A stretch of 61,972 nt of DNA, filler included, from Circinaria calcarea (lineage: Eukaryota): the NCBI GenBank assembly GCA_051942165.1. It is 5 parts of 5 records of this genome, joined end to end, with 100 filler letters (N's around TTAATTAATTAA, not from the genome) between each part and the next. Parts side by side here need not be neighbours in the genome. Positions count along the whole stretch, not along the records: positions 12,433 to 24,758 come from JAVECS010000582.1; positions 24,859 to 37,168 come from JAVECS010000583.1; 3 more parts are not named here. One strand, 5' to 3'. The translations under genes were made by a program, and so were the position numbers. A model generated the notes under the pieces. The model was not told the origin of the DNA. It saw nothing but the letters and a program-made list of their open reading frames with translations, and did no database searches. Positions 21,674 through 33,073 of the stretch are shown here, one piece after another. Numbering within the stretch: position 1 is the stretch's first letter; each line of letters starts with the position of its first letter.

Positions 21674-23932
21674 ATGGCTGAGATGGCTAAAAACCCAGGT
21701 ATGCTCACCACATTGACTCTGGTTCTTCGTAGCTCAGTCTCGTGTAAGCTGCTGACTGCTTCCAAAGCTCCAAACCCAAATCACGGTACCAGCGTCCTCC
21801 TCAACACAGTTGGCTTATCCGACCATAACTTGCAAGACGAGCTCTTTCAACTCGAGCCATACGATGACTGGGGATTAACACCAATTGCTCCAATGAGAGA
21901 CGGGTACGGCAACGAATTAAAAGGTGCCGATGGACGCGTATATCTAGCCTTTGATCTGCCTGCACAACTTCCCATCAAGCCTCCAGCGCATCTTCTGGAA
22001 TATTACACCGACCGTCTGGACCCGAGAATCGGAACGAGAGACCTGTACATCAGAATGCGTCCAGGGCCCGGCGAGAAGCTGTTGAATCCTAATGCGATCA
22101 ATATGCAAAAAAAACGCTTCAGAAAGCACTTGAACATAGCGTGTTGGCTTCGACCGACAAAACTCCCAACGTTGGACGAGTGCTTAGAAAAGGAACAAAT
22201 AGCCTGGACTTCCGTTCAGCGTAACACTTCTCTTCCTGTTGATCGATGGGGCTTAGGCGGGGGAAGCCTCCCTCGATTGCCGCTTACGAGGTTTACAAAG
22301 GGAATCAACAAGCTTCACGTGCCAAGTCCAAGATTGATTGCAGTATACAACCTCATCGAAGATCTGCAAAACGAAGCCTTTGATAATAAGCTTTGCCATT
22401 GGATATTCCTGCCAAATTCCAAAAAGCCAAAAAACTGGCAAGAAAAGGCGGAAAGTCAAAAGCATTCACGAATTGCTTCGGGGGATATCAAATTCCCTGC
22501 CCCGCAGGATATCACCCCAAGGGCCCTTGCATGGATCAAGGAGCAGATTATAGCAGCCGCCGCTGGCGAGAGTGAGATGGACATACCAGATCTTGCGGAA
22601 CTACCGGGCCACAGCAAAAAGTGGGTGGAGTCATGTATTCAGCTTGGGAGAGCAAGGGCAGCACAATGTCTTCCAATGGCCATAACCAACCCATACCAGG
22701 GCATATCCAGTACTGACGCCTATCCACGAGCGGGCACAGTCGACTGTCAAACAGAAACCCAACCTCCAACACTACCGATGGAGCCCAAGTCCAGGAAACG
22801 AAAGGGATCCTTCTCTGAACTTCCTCAAAAGCGTATAAAAAGCTTTGTAGAATTAGCACAAGGAAAAACCGGAGTACCTGGCTTGGATGCGCAGCCTAAC
22901 ACAGCGAAGCGAAAGCAAGTTTCCTATGAGGGCCCCAATAAACGAGCCCGATATCAACAGGAGTACGTGCCTGCTCCAATCTCTGATCACGTATCGGAGT
23001 CGTCTTCGTTATTCCATGATGATACACCATTGGCATCCAACCCAGTCTTCCATAATGATACACTATTGGCACCCAACCTAGTCACTTATGTGTCATCACC
23101 AGAGGAACTTCTGCCAACACGCTATCGCACCTCAGATATCGAAGCGAATGCAGGAAAGACCCATCATACTGAGGCTCCTATGGGAATCGCGCCAAGCGGC
23201 AATGACGAAGGGGAGGATAATCTTGATAGAGAACTGATGAAGTATTCCCTGCTAGCGGATGAAGCGCTCAAGCAGGGAATAGATGACGCAACAGTAACAA
23301 GGATGTGGGAGACAGGATGTGATCTTACTGGCAGAAGATTCAGGAACATGGAGACACAGGTTGAACAGGGTTTACAGGTAGAGACTTGTAGTGGACATGG
23401 GCATAGATCTAAAGAAGCCACTGAACAGATTATCGAGGAAGCTCTTGACCACCCAGTTGGAAATGGAAACAATCATGGGCTGCGGTTGTTTGATTGTTCA
23501 GGGCATGGCTCCAAGGAATCTCCTCCTGGAAGAACCAATAACCTCCTTTCCTTCTTCTCTAGTACTGGAATACCAGATGCCACGTTGATGGAAGTACCGA
23601 CAGAGCAGCTAAGTGAACTGATTCAAGATCATCAACTTACGGGAAACATATACCCACAGAACCCTTTTGGTACAAGCTATTCAACGGAAGAAGTCTTATC
23701 TGAACATCCGCGATCCAGCGAATTGTTTGCGCCGGCCGATTGGGATAATCAATGGAATATTGAAAACACAGGATCTTCTCCTGATATGGGGAATCTGGGG
23801 TTTTTGGGCGACTCGAATAACCACCTGGATATCTCGTACGTCCTAGGGGGAGAGAGTATGGAGGATCTTTTCAGTGATGCCAATATAACTCTCGAGGCTT
23901 GGCTAAAAGATAATGGAGGGCCGCACGGCTGA
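21674..23932 (+). CDS. Lineage-specific protein (~730-750 aa) with basic NLS-like stretches and acidic C-terminus; upstream part possibly decayed
   Basis: Long ORF; RLDPRI..RDL..RM...NAINMQKKRFRK...W block; KSRKRKG, KRKQ, KRAR; probable in-frame intron 21699-21767. Confidence 0.65.
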   Translation: MAEMAKNPGMLTTLTLVLRSSVSCKLLTASKAPNPNHGTSVLLNTVGLSDHNLQDELFQLEPYDDWGLTPIAPMRDGYGNELKGADGRVYLAFDLPAQLPIKPPAHLLEYYTDRLDPRIGTRDLYIRMRPGPGEKLLNPNAINMQKKRFRKHLNIACWLRPTKLPTLDECLEKEQIAWTSVQRNTSLPVDRWGLGGGSLPRLPLTRFTKGINKLHVPSPRLIAVYNLIEDLQNEAFDNKLCHWIFLPNSKKPKNWQEKAESQKHSRIASGDIKFPAPQDITPRALAWIKEQIIAAAAGESEMDIPDLAELPGHSKKWVESCIQLGRARAAQCLPMAITNPYQGISSTDAYPRAGTVDCQTETQPPTLPMEPKSRKRKGSFSELPQKRIKSFVELAQGKTGVPGLDAQPNTAKRKQVSYEGPNKRARYQQEYVPAPISDHVSESSSLFHDDTPLASNPVFHNDTLLAPNLVTYVSSPEELLPTRYRTSDIEANAGKTHHTEAPMGIAPSGNDEGEDNLDRELMKYSLLADEALKQGIDDATVTRMWETGCDLTGRRFRNMETQVEQGLQVETCSGHGHRSKEATEQIIEEALDHPVGNGNNHGLRLFDCSGHGSKESPPGRTNNLLSFFSSTGIPDATLMEVPTEQLSELIQDHQLTGNIYPQNPFGTSYSTEEVLSEHPRSSELFAPADWDNQWNIENTGSSPDMGNLGFLGDSNNHLDISYVLGGESMEDLFSDANITLEAWLKDNGGPHG

Positions 23933-24618
23933 AATATATCGCCGTTAATCATGCCAGATAATACTTTGGGGCGAGTCGGAGATACAGTTGGGCAAACTGG
24001 TACAAGGTCGGCTGGACTTGGGAAGATCTCAAATCATGCTGAAAATTGTCGGGGAATTGCTGAAAAGATTTTCGGCCAAGCTGATGTATTATGGATATGG
24101 AGGAAATAAGGGAGGAAATCTGGAACTCGTTTCTTTGTCGAGCTTTGTCAACGCTGACAATCTCCTTCATGATTAACATGAGAGACAATTGGCATGCCAG
24201 TAGGATTACAGCCTTTGAGGACGTCCCATCGTTAGGGACAAAGGATGTCATTTACCTCTTCAAGAGTGCGGACGGCGGTGAAAAAACGCGAGACTCCTCA
24301 ATAGCGGACCCTTGAGGATTCCGGGCTGCAACAGTGCTCGTCGAATGGCCTCATGCTACTGTTTCGGAGACGCCAGAGAGTATCATTACTGCTGTCAATA
24401 AAAATCTGCATTGTTACAATTGATATGTACCACAATGGTGATCCCAAGATGTGAGGTTGCTCCGGATAAAAGTTGCGCCATCCCTCATTTCTAAGACAAT
24501 TCGTTTGTACGAAAATCCATCCCGCCGTTATGTATAACCCTTCACCCCTCATCGTAAGCCCATCAACTCCTCCAAGCCACTCATATCCACCCTCCTTCCC
24601 ACCTTTTCTAAATCCATA

Positions 24619-24758
24619 ATGTCCACCCCCTCCATCTACGACGAGATCGAAATCGAAGACATGACCTACGACCCCACCTTGCAAATCTACCACTACCCCT
24701 GCCCCTGCGGCGACCGATTCGAAATCGGCATCGCCGACCTGAGGGACGGAGAGGACGT
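24619..24758 (+). CDS. DPH3: Diphthamide biosynthesis protein 3 (CSL zinc finger), 3' part cut by contig end
   Basis: [11 protein letters not shown]...[13 protein letters not shown]...DLRDGED. Confidence 0.95.
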
Positions 24759-24858
24759 NNNNNNNNNNNNNNNNNNNNNNNNNNNNNNNNNNNNNNNNNN
24801 NNTTAATTAATTAANNNNNNNNNNNNNNNNNNNNNNNNNNNNNNNNNNNNNNNNNNNN
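24759..24858. other. Artificial contig spacer
   Basis: N44-TTAATTAATTAA-N44. Confidence 0.99.
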
Positions 24859-24876
24859 ATACCTCTATTCCAGAAA

Positions 24877-25850
24877 AGGGTTTCTGGACTTGCATCGTCG
24901 AACGTCGAGAGCTAAGAGCACAGAAAAAATTATAGGGTTTTGGGCGCTAAGGGCTCGCTAAAGGCTCACTAAAGGCTGCACTATTGGAGGCCTTGGGGTG
25001 CCATGAAAAAGGGAAAGTTATAGAAGCATTTAATATATAGGTAGGACCGGCTTTCTATCTATATCTCTGATTAACATACATAAACAATAATTATTGCAGA
25101 TATAACCTTGATGTTAAACATTGGGTTCGGCATACTATAGGGGCCGAGTTCAGCGAGGTATATATGGGTTCGGCGCAGCACTACTGGCACTAGTAGTAGC
25201 GTGTGTTGCAGAGTTTCCCTCTTGGTTTCGCATTCCCCGAACCATAGAACCTACACAGCATAGCGAACACAGCATAGCATAGCATATGCACATTCCATAC
25301 GAAGTATTCCATCCGCTATTCTATGCCACTGTTGACCTGGTGATTTAACACTTGAGGCTTTATCAAAATATTATTAAGTGTCGAGCGCAGAGCTAAGTGT
25401 TTACTGCGGACACTGTAAATATTTGAAAATAAAAAGGCATGCGTGGTATGAATGTATATTACAAGGGAAAAGAATGTATTTAGCCGGGTATAGAAATAAT
25501 ATTGGGAATATTACCACAAAGTTTGGTGCATCCAGAAGCTGCCTGGCATGGGTCAGCCCCAGGCCATCCCTAACGGGTACACGTAGGCCCTATTTAGCTT
25601 CGTGCAGCCATTCTCGCTGCATCCCATCCATCTTACTACTGAATACACATACTATTCACTTGGGAGCACGTCTTCACTACGTGACACTGCCCCGAAGATT
25701 GGATCTCGCCTATGAGTTCCTCCGTAGCCCTTACCATATTAAGGTTTTTAGACATCATCGTCGAACGTCGAGAGCTAAGAGCAAAAATGAATTAAAACGC
25801 TAAGGGTTCGCTAAGGGTTCGCTAAAGTCAACGGTCATGAAAAAGGAAGT
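24877..25850 (+). repeat. Pair of degenerate ~130-bp direct repeats (~24877-25018 and ~25741-25850)
   Basis: Exact 28-mer CATCGTCGAACGTCGAGAGCTAAGAGCA at 24893-24920 and 25756-25783, each followed by CGCTAAGGGT/CT subrepeats and CATGAAAAAGG. Confidence 0.75.
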
Positions 25851-26043
25851 GGGTAAGAAAATTGGCCTAGAAAATCCTCAGTGAATTGCTTATCCCACCG
25901 GCTTATTTTCAACACCGAAATGCCTCTGGCTGGCTGAAACCTTTATTGCTGAGCGTCAAGGGTTACTTCAAAGCAGAAAGAGCTTGGTTTTTACAAGTGG
26001 ATTTAAAAATGGAGGGTTGTCTAAGCAGGTGTCAGCAGTAGTG

Positions 26044-26263
26044 TGTAAGGATCCTTTACGAATAGTATAATGATCCTACGAAAAGGGGTCGGTAAACTGT
26101 GTGATAATGAGCTCAATGGGTTCGCATAGCGTATGAATTATTGCTAAAGAATTCTGGTGTAATACTTCGCGAGGAAAACCTTTCTCGCTAAATCAACACC
26201 TCGTGACCTCGGTGTATAGTTCACCCGTAGGGTTCGTAGGGGTTCTCGGGTAGAGCCCTTGTA
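26044..26263 (-). mobile_element. 220-bp dispersed repeat, copy 2 (inverted relative to copy 1)
   Basis: Reverse complement aligns along its full length with 7459-7678. Confidence 0.85.
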
Positions 26264-26783
26264 GTATTAGCTGTTAGACCCACGCTAAATTCATTTAAAT
26301 ATTATGGTAGATATACTGATCTTACTGGTAGATAACAAGGTTCTAGCTGCATTAAGTACTGACTTACCAGCGCTGGTCTAACAGCTGATACCCCTACAAC
26401 CATAGTAAATTGTATTAAAATTTTTACAGGTGGAGTTCGTATATTAACGAGGTAGAAAAATTACGGGCATTGCAAATAGAATCGTTAAAGGGGTTGCTTT
26501 GCATCGGGCCTAATTTATTTATATTTGTGCCATGGACTTGGTTTACTCCCGCTTTACCCATCTATATCATGTTACCGGACACTCCCATCCGCCTGAAGTG
26601 GCGTATTCGTTTTCGTCCTAGGCTTCTTCGATTCTCTCCATATTCTGGACCGCCTTTGGGCTGCAAGGTCATGTTCTCCGGGACATAGGCTTTGCCTCCA
26701 AATGGCTTGGAAGACCAAGTGCAGTAATAAGAAGAAAATTCCTTTGATGGAAGGCAAGATGTCGGCGATGGCACATCAGCACC

Positions 26784-27650
26784 CTATGAGCTACTACTTG
26801 CATTCTTCCTTCCTAACGCAATCCAAGCCACCATCTTGAGTCCTACCTTCCCGTCCGACTCGACAATGAAGCGCTCCCTCTGTTCTCTCATCACCCTCCC
26901 AGTCACGTCCCCAATCCTTCCCCTCTCCTCTTCACTCCATTCCTCCCCGACCATGTCTTTTAAATGAATCGTCAGGCTTTCTACCATCTCATCCAAGTCA
27001 TCCTGCACCAGCATAACCTCCTGAACCTCAACCTTTACATCCGTAAACCCACCCGCCGTCATCGTCTCCTCCAGGGTTTCCTTCTTCATCCACCTCTCGA
27101 GCAGCTGCATGGCCATGGGCTTCGCCGGCTCCACCAACTTTTGCACCTCGTAGAAGATGGGCACAAAGGCAATCTCCTTCCAGCACGTCACCGCCGCCGT
27201 CCCCGTCGGCTTTAGGGTCCGATAAACCTCCCGCACGCCTTGAGCCGGGTCCGGGAAGAAGAAGATGCCAAAGCTCGTGACGCTGACGTCGAACGTCTCG
27301 TCCGGAAACTTGAGGTTCAATCCGTCCATGACTTCGGCTTCGACACGGCCTTGCCACCGCTCCTCCTGGACGATAGACTGCAGGATCTCAATCATCCCGG
27401 GCGATCCATCCACGGCACGAACACGTACATCATCCGCGGAGCTCTTCAGCAGCGCGCGGGTGAAAGCTCCGGTGCCGCATGCGTTATCTAGAACGAGGCC
27501 TTTCGGAGGCAGAGAAGGCGTGAGGAGAGAAACGAGATGGGCGGCGACCGCATGAGTCGAGCCGCCGAGCCGACGTTCGTAGTTGTGGGCATGAGAGTTC
27601 CAGGAGATGATGAGGTTGGAAGCGTCTTGCGTCAGAGAGCTCGAAGACAT
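26784..27650 (-). CDS. Class I SAM-dependent methyltransferase, 288 aa, intronless
   Basis: VLDNACGTG motif I, AVDGSPGM, MDG..L.FPDETFD, EVYRTLKPTG; start at MSSSSLTQ (upstream extension in ORF track is non-coding-like). Confidence 0.9.
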   Translation of the reverse strand: MSSSSLTQDASNLIISWNSHAHNYERRLGGSTHAVAAHLVSLLTPSLPPKGLVLDNACGTGAFTRALLKSSADDVRVRAVDGSPGMIEILQSIVQEERWQGRVEAEVMDGLNLKFPDETFDVSVTSFGIFFFPDPAQGVREVYRTLKPTGTAAVTCWKEIAFVPIFYEVQKLVEPAKPMAMQLLERWMKKETLEETMTAGGFTDVKVEVQEVMLVQDDLDEMVESLTIHLKDMVGEEWSEEERGRIGDVTGRVMREQRERFIVESDGKVGLKMVAWIALGRKNASSSS

Positions 27651-28225
27651 GGTTAATATTTTTCCCCTTAGATAGGCGTCACGATCGATAGAAAGCAAAG
27701 TTTGATTTGGTTTCTTTCCTACTTTCTTGGCCGGTCGTTCTCTCTCTCTTTTAGATCGAGTAAAGTGTGGGTTTGGTATCTCATACAGGACCTGTATACG
27801 TATTGTCCTCCTTGTTTTCTTGGCACTGTTTGAACCCAGATCTGCGTAAGTTGCTGATAGGGAGGCTGGCTTCGTAATTAGAAAGGAGATGACAATATAA
27901 TGGTGGATGGGTCTGAGTCCTTCCCTTATATCGCATCTTGTCGGGTAGTAGAGGACAGGACGGATGGTCCGCAATGCATCAAATCCGCTAGCTTGATTTG
28001 ATACCGTGCCGGCTCCCTGCATTTCGGTTACGCTTATGGCTTGCCACCCTCCCCTCTGCTAGTGGGTGCAGACGGTAGGCAGGTAACATGACATAACATA
28101 GGCTATTAAGCAGAGAATGGCTACGGGGATGAACACTCGTCCACCCACCATGCATGTACTCCCTACGAGACGAACGCCCCAGACATGATATCTGTAAAAT
28201 AAACTCTATTATATCTCTACATAAG

Positions 28226-29645
28226 CTAGGCCTTCGACTTTAGTCTCGACCCAACTTTGGTGATTCTCGCTGCGAGCATACAAATCCCTGAGATTGTGAC
28301 TGACAACCCACACCACACCTGTACTCCCACCCAGCTCCGTTCACCTCTGAGTATAACGCCAGCAACAGGAGTGCCAATCAACAAGCCGAAGCCCGTGAAG
28401 GCGAAAGTCATGCCCATTCTTGTTCCCAACGTGCTTAGATCCGGCGATAGACTGATAACGGTTGGCCTTGGAAGCGATATAAACGTTCCGGAGAAAAGGC
28501 TATAGAGGATGTAGAAAGCTATGATTCCCGCCGTGCTTTTAATGGCGATCCAGCAGAGTGCTAACAAAGCAACGACAAAGGCGAGTGGAACTTGGATGTT
28601 CAGCGGCCCTATTACGTCAGCAGCTATGTTAGGGATAATGCGCCCTAAAACAGAGGCTGCGTTGATAGTAGAGAGGAGATAGAACGTCAGATTGATGTCC
28701 ATATCGCAGACTTCCAGGACGTAGAGCTGGACATAGAAGAACACCACGCATATACCCATAAAGCCAAAGAATACACCTAGGTTGAAAAGGAGATAGGGAA
28801 TATCTTTAAAGGCAGCAAGATCGATTAAGTCTCGCCGTGCGGGAGCTGGGACTCTTTGTTTCATGCTAATTAAAGACACGACTGATATAGCGAGTATAAT
28901 GAAAGTTATAGCTCGAGTCGCCCAGCCGAAGCCGATACGAGACTGCAGCTGTCGGAAGACAATTGGATAGATGACTCCGCCTGGCCCTGAGAATTAGTAA
29001 CCAGCTCTGTTGTGAAAATGAATCAGCCATGAGACACGGCAGACTAACCAAGACTACTTCCGAGTGAAGCAACACCTGTCGCAAATGCCTTCTTGGTGGT
29101 AAAGTACTGCGACACAATAACCACGCTGGAGAGAAAAAGACAGCCATTTCCAACGCCAACCGTGATTCCTTGAGCCAGAAGTACTTGCCAATAGGTATTG
29201 CATATACTCGTCATCATCATCCCGAAGATGATAAAGAAGGTGCCAGTGTAGAGTAAGGCGGGTAAGTGACCTGCATCGTATACTGGTCCGGTTGCAGCGC
29301 CCACGAGGAACAGGAGCGCGGCTTGGATAGAGCCTACCAGGAGATATTGGATGCGGACTGAGAGCTGAGGAAGTCTGTTTGGTAGAAGGTTTGATAGACA
29401 CCATACATATTGATTATTCCCCTGGTAGTAATAGAATTGGGAGTTAGGTCATTGTTATAACACTTCGATTTTACCACTAGTATCTTTGCATTTCAAACTG
29501 ACCATGTGTCAAAGAATATACAGAAAGCTCCAGCTACTTGAGACCAAGCCGTAAGCCCTTTATTTGGCGGTTTGGAACAGGTACTTTCTGGGGCTATAAA
29601 TAGGTCCTTTTCCGTTGTTGCCATCACGTTTGTAGTGCTTTTCAT
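28226..29645 (-). pseudogene. MFS monocarboxylate-porter-like (MCH-type) efflux transporter with apparent 1-nt frameshift
   Basis: PPNKGLTAWSQVAG, GPVYDAG, QYFTTKKAFATG, GRIIPN.AAD, GTRMGM motifs; frame breaks at ISW(V)GSIQA near 29337 (TGGTAGG instead of TGGGTAGG). Could be an assembly error. Confidence 0.7.
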
Positions 29646-31012
29646 TTTTGAGGTTTGGAAAAGATTGAAATTCGGAGAAAGCATGGAAGTAGCAGGGTAC
29701 TGCTACCTGGAATGCCTGGAAATAGTTGGAGCGATGATGGTGTCAGTGATACTTTTGTTCTGTTTCGGTAGAACGAGTTCTGGACGCGGAAAGAAATGGG
29801 AATCGTTCTCCAGCGCTGTGATGGCAGATAGAGGATGTTCATAATTGGAACGCTTGGTGCTCGGTGCTTGGTGCTTGATGCTTAATGCATATGAAGTCTT
29901 TGTACCCCCTTCCTTTTGCTGATCTTATTCTCAACAAAGTAGTCTGAGGAGAAATCGCTCAGGGAGCAGTGCCCTTACTTTATGATCGGTAGATTATCAA
30001 CCGTGATCTTCAGCTGGAATTCGAGAATAGCTACTCCATACGGCGTGTTCTCCATGCTCCACATGCACATGATTTCTTGATGTAACGTTAAGCTTTTATC
30101 CCGACCGTTAGGCAATCATGACTGTGCTGTCACGGCAGACAGCCCAGGCCCGTGCCGGCCTTAGATAGCCAATGAATATGCGGATCCTGTAAACAAAAGG
30201 CGGCCCGAGCAGGAAATCACGGGATAGATGTGCCTGTGTATGCGGGTATCGTCTACTTATCTCTCCGAGATAGACCTAACTAGGGAGGTGGTATTCACAG
30301 AGATTGGCTTCCCCGCCTCTAACTAACTTTGAGAAAAGATCTGCTCTCTACAGCTGGCTATCTAGCATCATGTAACTGCGTGCATTCTCACTGCATCATT
30401 GTTTCAGGGCAAAATACGGAGTAAATCCAAAAGGCCAATGACGGTCTGCTTGGACAGGTAAGCGACGTGTCTAAAAGGTGACCCAGGACTCCAGAGCCCA
30501 TCCGCCGTTGCATTTTTCTTATCCTAAGGCCGGAAGGACTTACAACATACATAACTACCTATCTTTTGGGGCGGCAAACCCACTAAGTCGAGGGTGCGTG
30601 ATGAATCGACTTTCATGGTAGCCGCGAAGAAGCAGTCCAGGGTTCGTAGCAAGGATGTGTTTCGGGAGGCCATAAACTGGGATGAGTATGGAAAATCTGC
30701 ATAGCCATAAGCTTTTGGGACAATTTCGTGCCACAATATCACTTCCTTGTATTGACTCCACGGGACTTGTGCCTTCATTTGATCCATGGACCGCTTATGA
30801 AAAGAAATAGTCGTTAGTCACATGTGCCATCCTCGAGCTTCTAGCAGGGGCACAACACCACCATGTCTCATTTCTACGCACATAACGGCACAGCGTTTTC
30901 CTTCCTATTGAATAAAGGTAAAGAGTAAGAAAGCCAGCAGGAGGATGTCTACGGAGGATTTCTCATAAGCCTAAGCTAGATTATTGGAGAAAAATATCAT
31001 CTATACAAAGCC

Positions 31013-32430
31013 ATGATTCCAGATTACAGGCCTTTTAAAGGTGGAGATCATAATATTGGGGGAGCTCTAACTGGGGTAGCTATTGGCGCCTTTATTCCTG
31101 CATTTGCCGCCGTAGTGCTTCGAATTTATGTGCGATCAAGACTTGTTCGGGCTATCGGATGGGATGACTGGATTATTATGCTTGCAATTGTATGTTCCTC
31201 TTCCGTATCTGGTGTGTGATTTTACAGCCAGCTAACAAAATGGTCTTAGATTCCAGCATTGCTGGCTACCGTCGCAGAAGTCATTGGTGTTGAGCATGGG
31301 ATTGGAAGGCATCAGTACTATCTGACGCCAGAGGAAAGACGACAAGCCGGGAAGTACACCGCCTTATCCATTTGCTTCTGTATCACAGCTCTGAGCATCG
31401 GTAAAATCTCCATGTGTCTGTCCCTCCTGCGGATTATCAATGGCGCAAACAAAATGTTTCTAAGGTGGTTCTTATACTTAATGGTGTTTCTGCAATTCGC
31501 CACCAACGTGGTTGTCTGTACCACACTCTTTGTCCAATGCCGGCCGACTCCCAAAGTTTGGAACCCGGCCCTCCCAGGCGTGTGCTGGCCGCCTGAGATC
31601 CAGAGAGATCTGAACTATCTACAAGCAGGTACCTTAATTATTTCCTATCCTAAGATTTGTACCAGATGAACAAACTAACCAGCAGCAGCTCTTTCGGGTG
31701 TCACTGACTTCTTGCTCGCTGGTTTGCCGATTTTGATACTCAAAAAGTTACAGATCAGCCGGCAGAATAAAATCATGTTATGCGTTTTTATGGGCTTTGG
31801 AATTTTGTAAGTTATAACACATGCCCACTGGCAATTCATGATTAAACGCTAACATGGTTATATTAATAGTACAGGATTTTTCGCTATACTCAGGATGGTA
31901 TATCTCAGATCATACGCAGAGCAAAATGACGCTTCATGTAATCATCACGCACTCTCACCCCCATGTACTCGCTAGATTAACGCGTAATATAGTCACCAAC
32001 GTGAACATCCTGATCTGGGGAGGGTAAGCGACTCTTATCCAGATCCTCAACCCCTGGTTGTGGAGAAAACCCTCACTTACTCGCAATCAGCATTGAGAGA
32101 AATCTCGCGATCGTTGTCGCTTGCATCCCCTTCACCCGACCCTTACTGCAAAGCTTCACCAACTTTTCAAATAGATACAAGCTGCACCACCGCTCTACAG
32201 ATGGCAGTCCCCACTCACTAAGGCATGGTCTTGCCACTTCGACACAGATGGCAGACCTCGAGGGACACATTGGGCCGAAGTTTTCCACCACCTGCACCAA
32301 TAATTCTGAAGCCCTAGACGGTTCCAGTGGGAGACATGGGAGTGAAGAGATTATTTTGCCCATGCAGTCAACGAATGGGATATGGAAAACTACCATGGTG
32401 AAGGTTTCGAGGGGTGTCGAGACTGTTTAA
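31013..32430 (+). CDS. PTH11-like integral membrane protein (fungal rhodopsin-domain GPCR, no CFEM), 6 exons
   Basis: LRIYVR...GWDDW, HGIGRH, KISMCL.LLRI, QCRP..KVWNP, TDFLLAGLP, IERNLAIVVACIP; spliced frame appears intact. Confidence 0.9.
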
Positions 32431-33073
32431 GACATCTACGTGCAAACTTTTTCAAACGGCATTACCATATATGGTTTATACGATGGTCAAATCGTTGTTG
32501 GTTCTTATATAGCAGAATCAGCTCAGGGATCCAGATAAGATAAAGGATTATGTTAAACGTCCTAAAGTGCAATTAGATCCACAGCCATTAGCTCTGCAAT
32601 CGACCGATCCTTCGTATATCCACAGCGTGACAAAACCTGAATACAAATAAATCTTAAAACGTGCAGTTAAATCACGAGAATTAAAACATCAAATGCCGCA
32701 GGCGGATAGTTATCTCGTTGCTTTGCCCGCAAAGGTGTCATCATATCCGAAGCTACATATGCAGGTAAGATTACCTAGTTTGCCCAGAGAAGATGAAGAA
32801 CCTGGGAATGAGGCAAGAGAGTGGGGAATGATCTGCGTAGGTTACATTTGGATTTTGAAAGGGTGTGGACGAAAAAAGGAAGCATGAAGTATAAGTAAGT
32901 AATGCTTTCGTCGCCGCTGGATTATCATCAAAATATAATAAGCAAAGCGAGGACTGGGTGAATTATTCCTCTTATACTTATACGAACTTTTCTTAACATC
33001 AACTAAACCGTTTTAGAAAAACCCACATCCCCTAGATTCTTCCAAAGACTCGCCAACCCAAGACCAAACAGAT

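Noticed and set aside
27651..28022. 124-aa N-terminal extension of the methyltransferase
   Set aside because: Composition and low-complexity tracts look like UTR/promoter; the internal ATG at 27650 gives a normal-sized enzyme.
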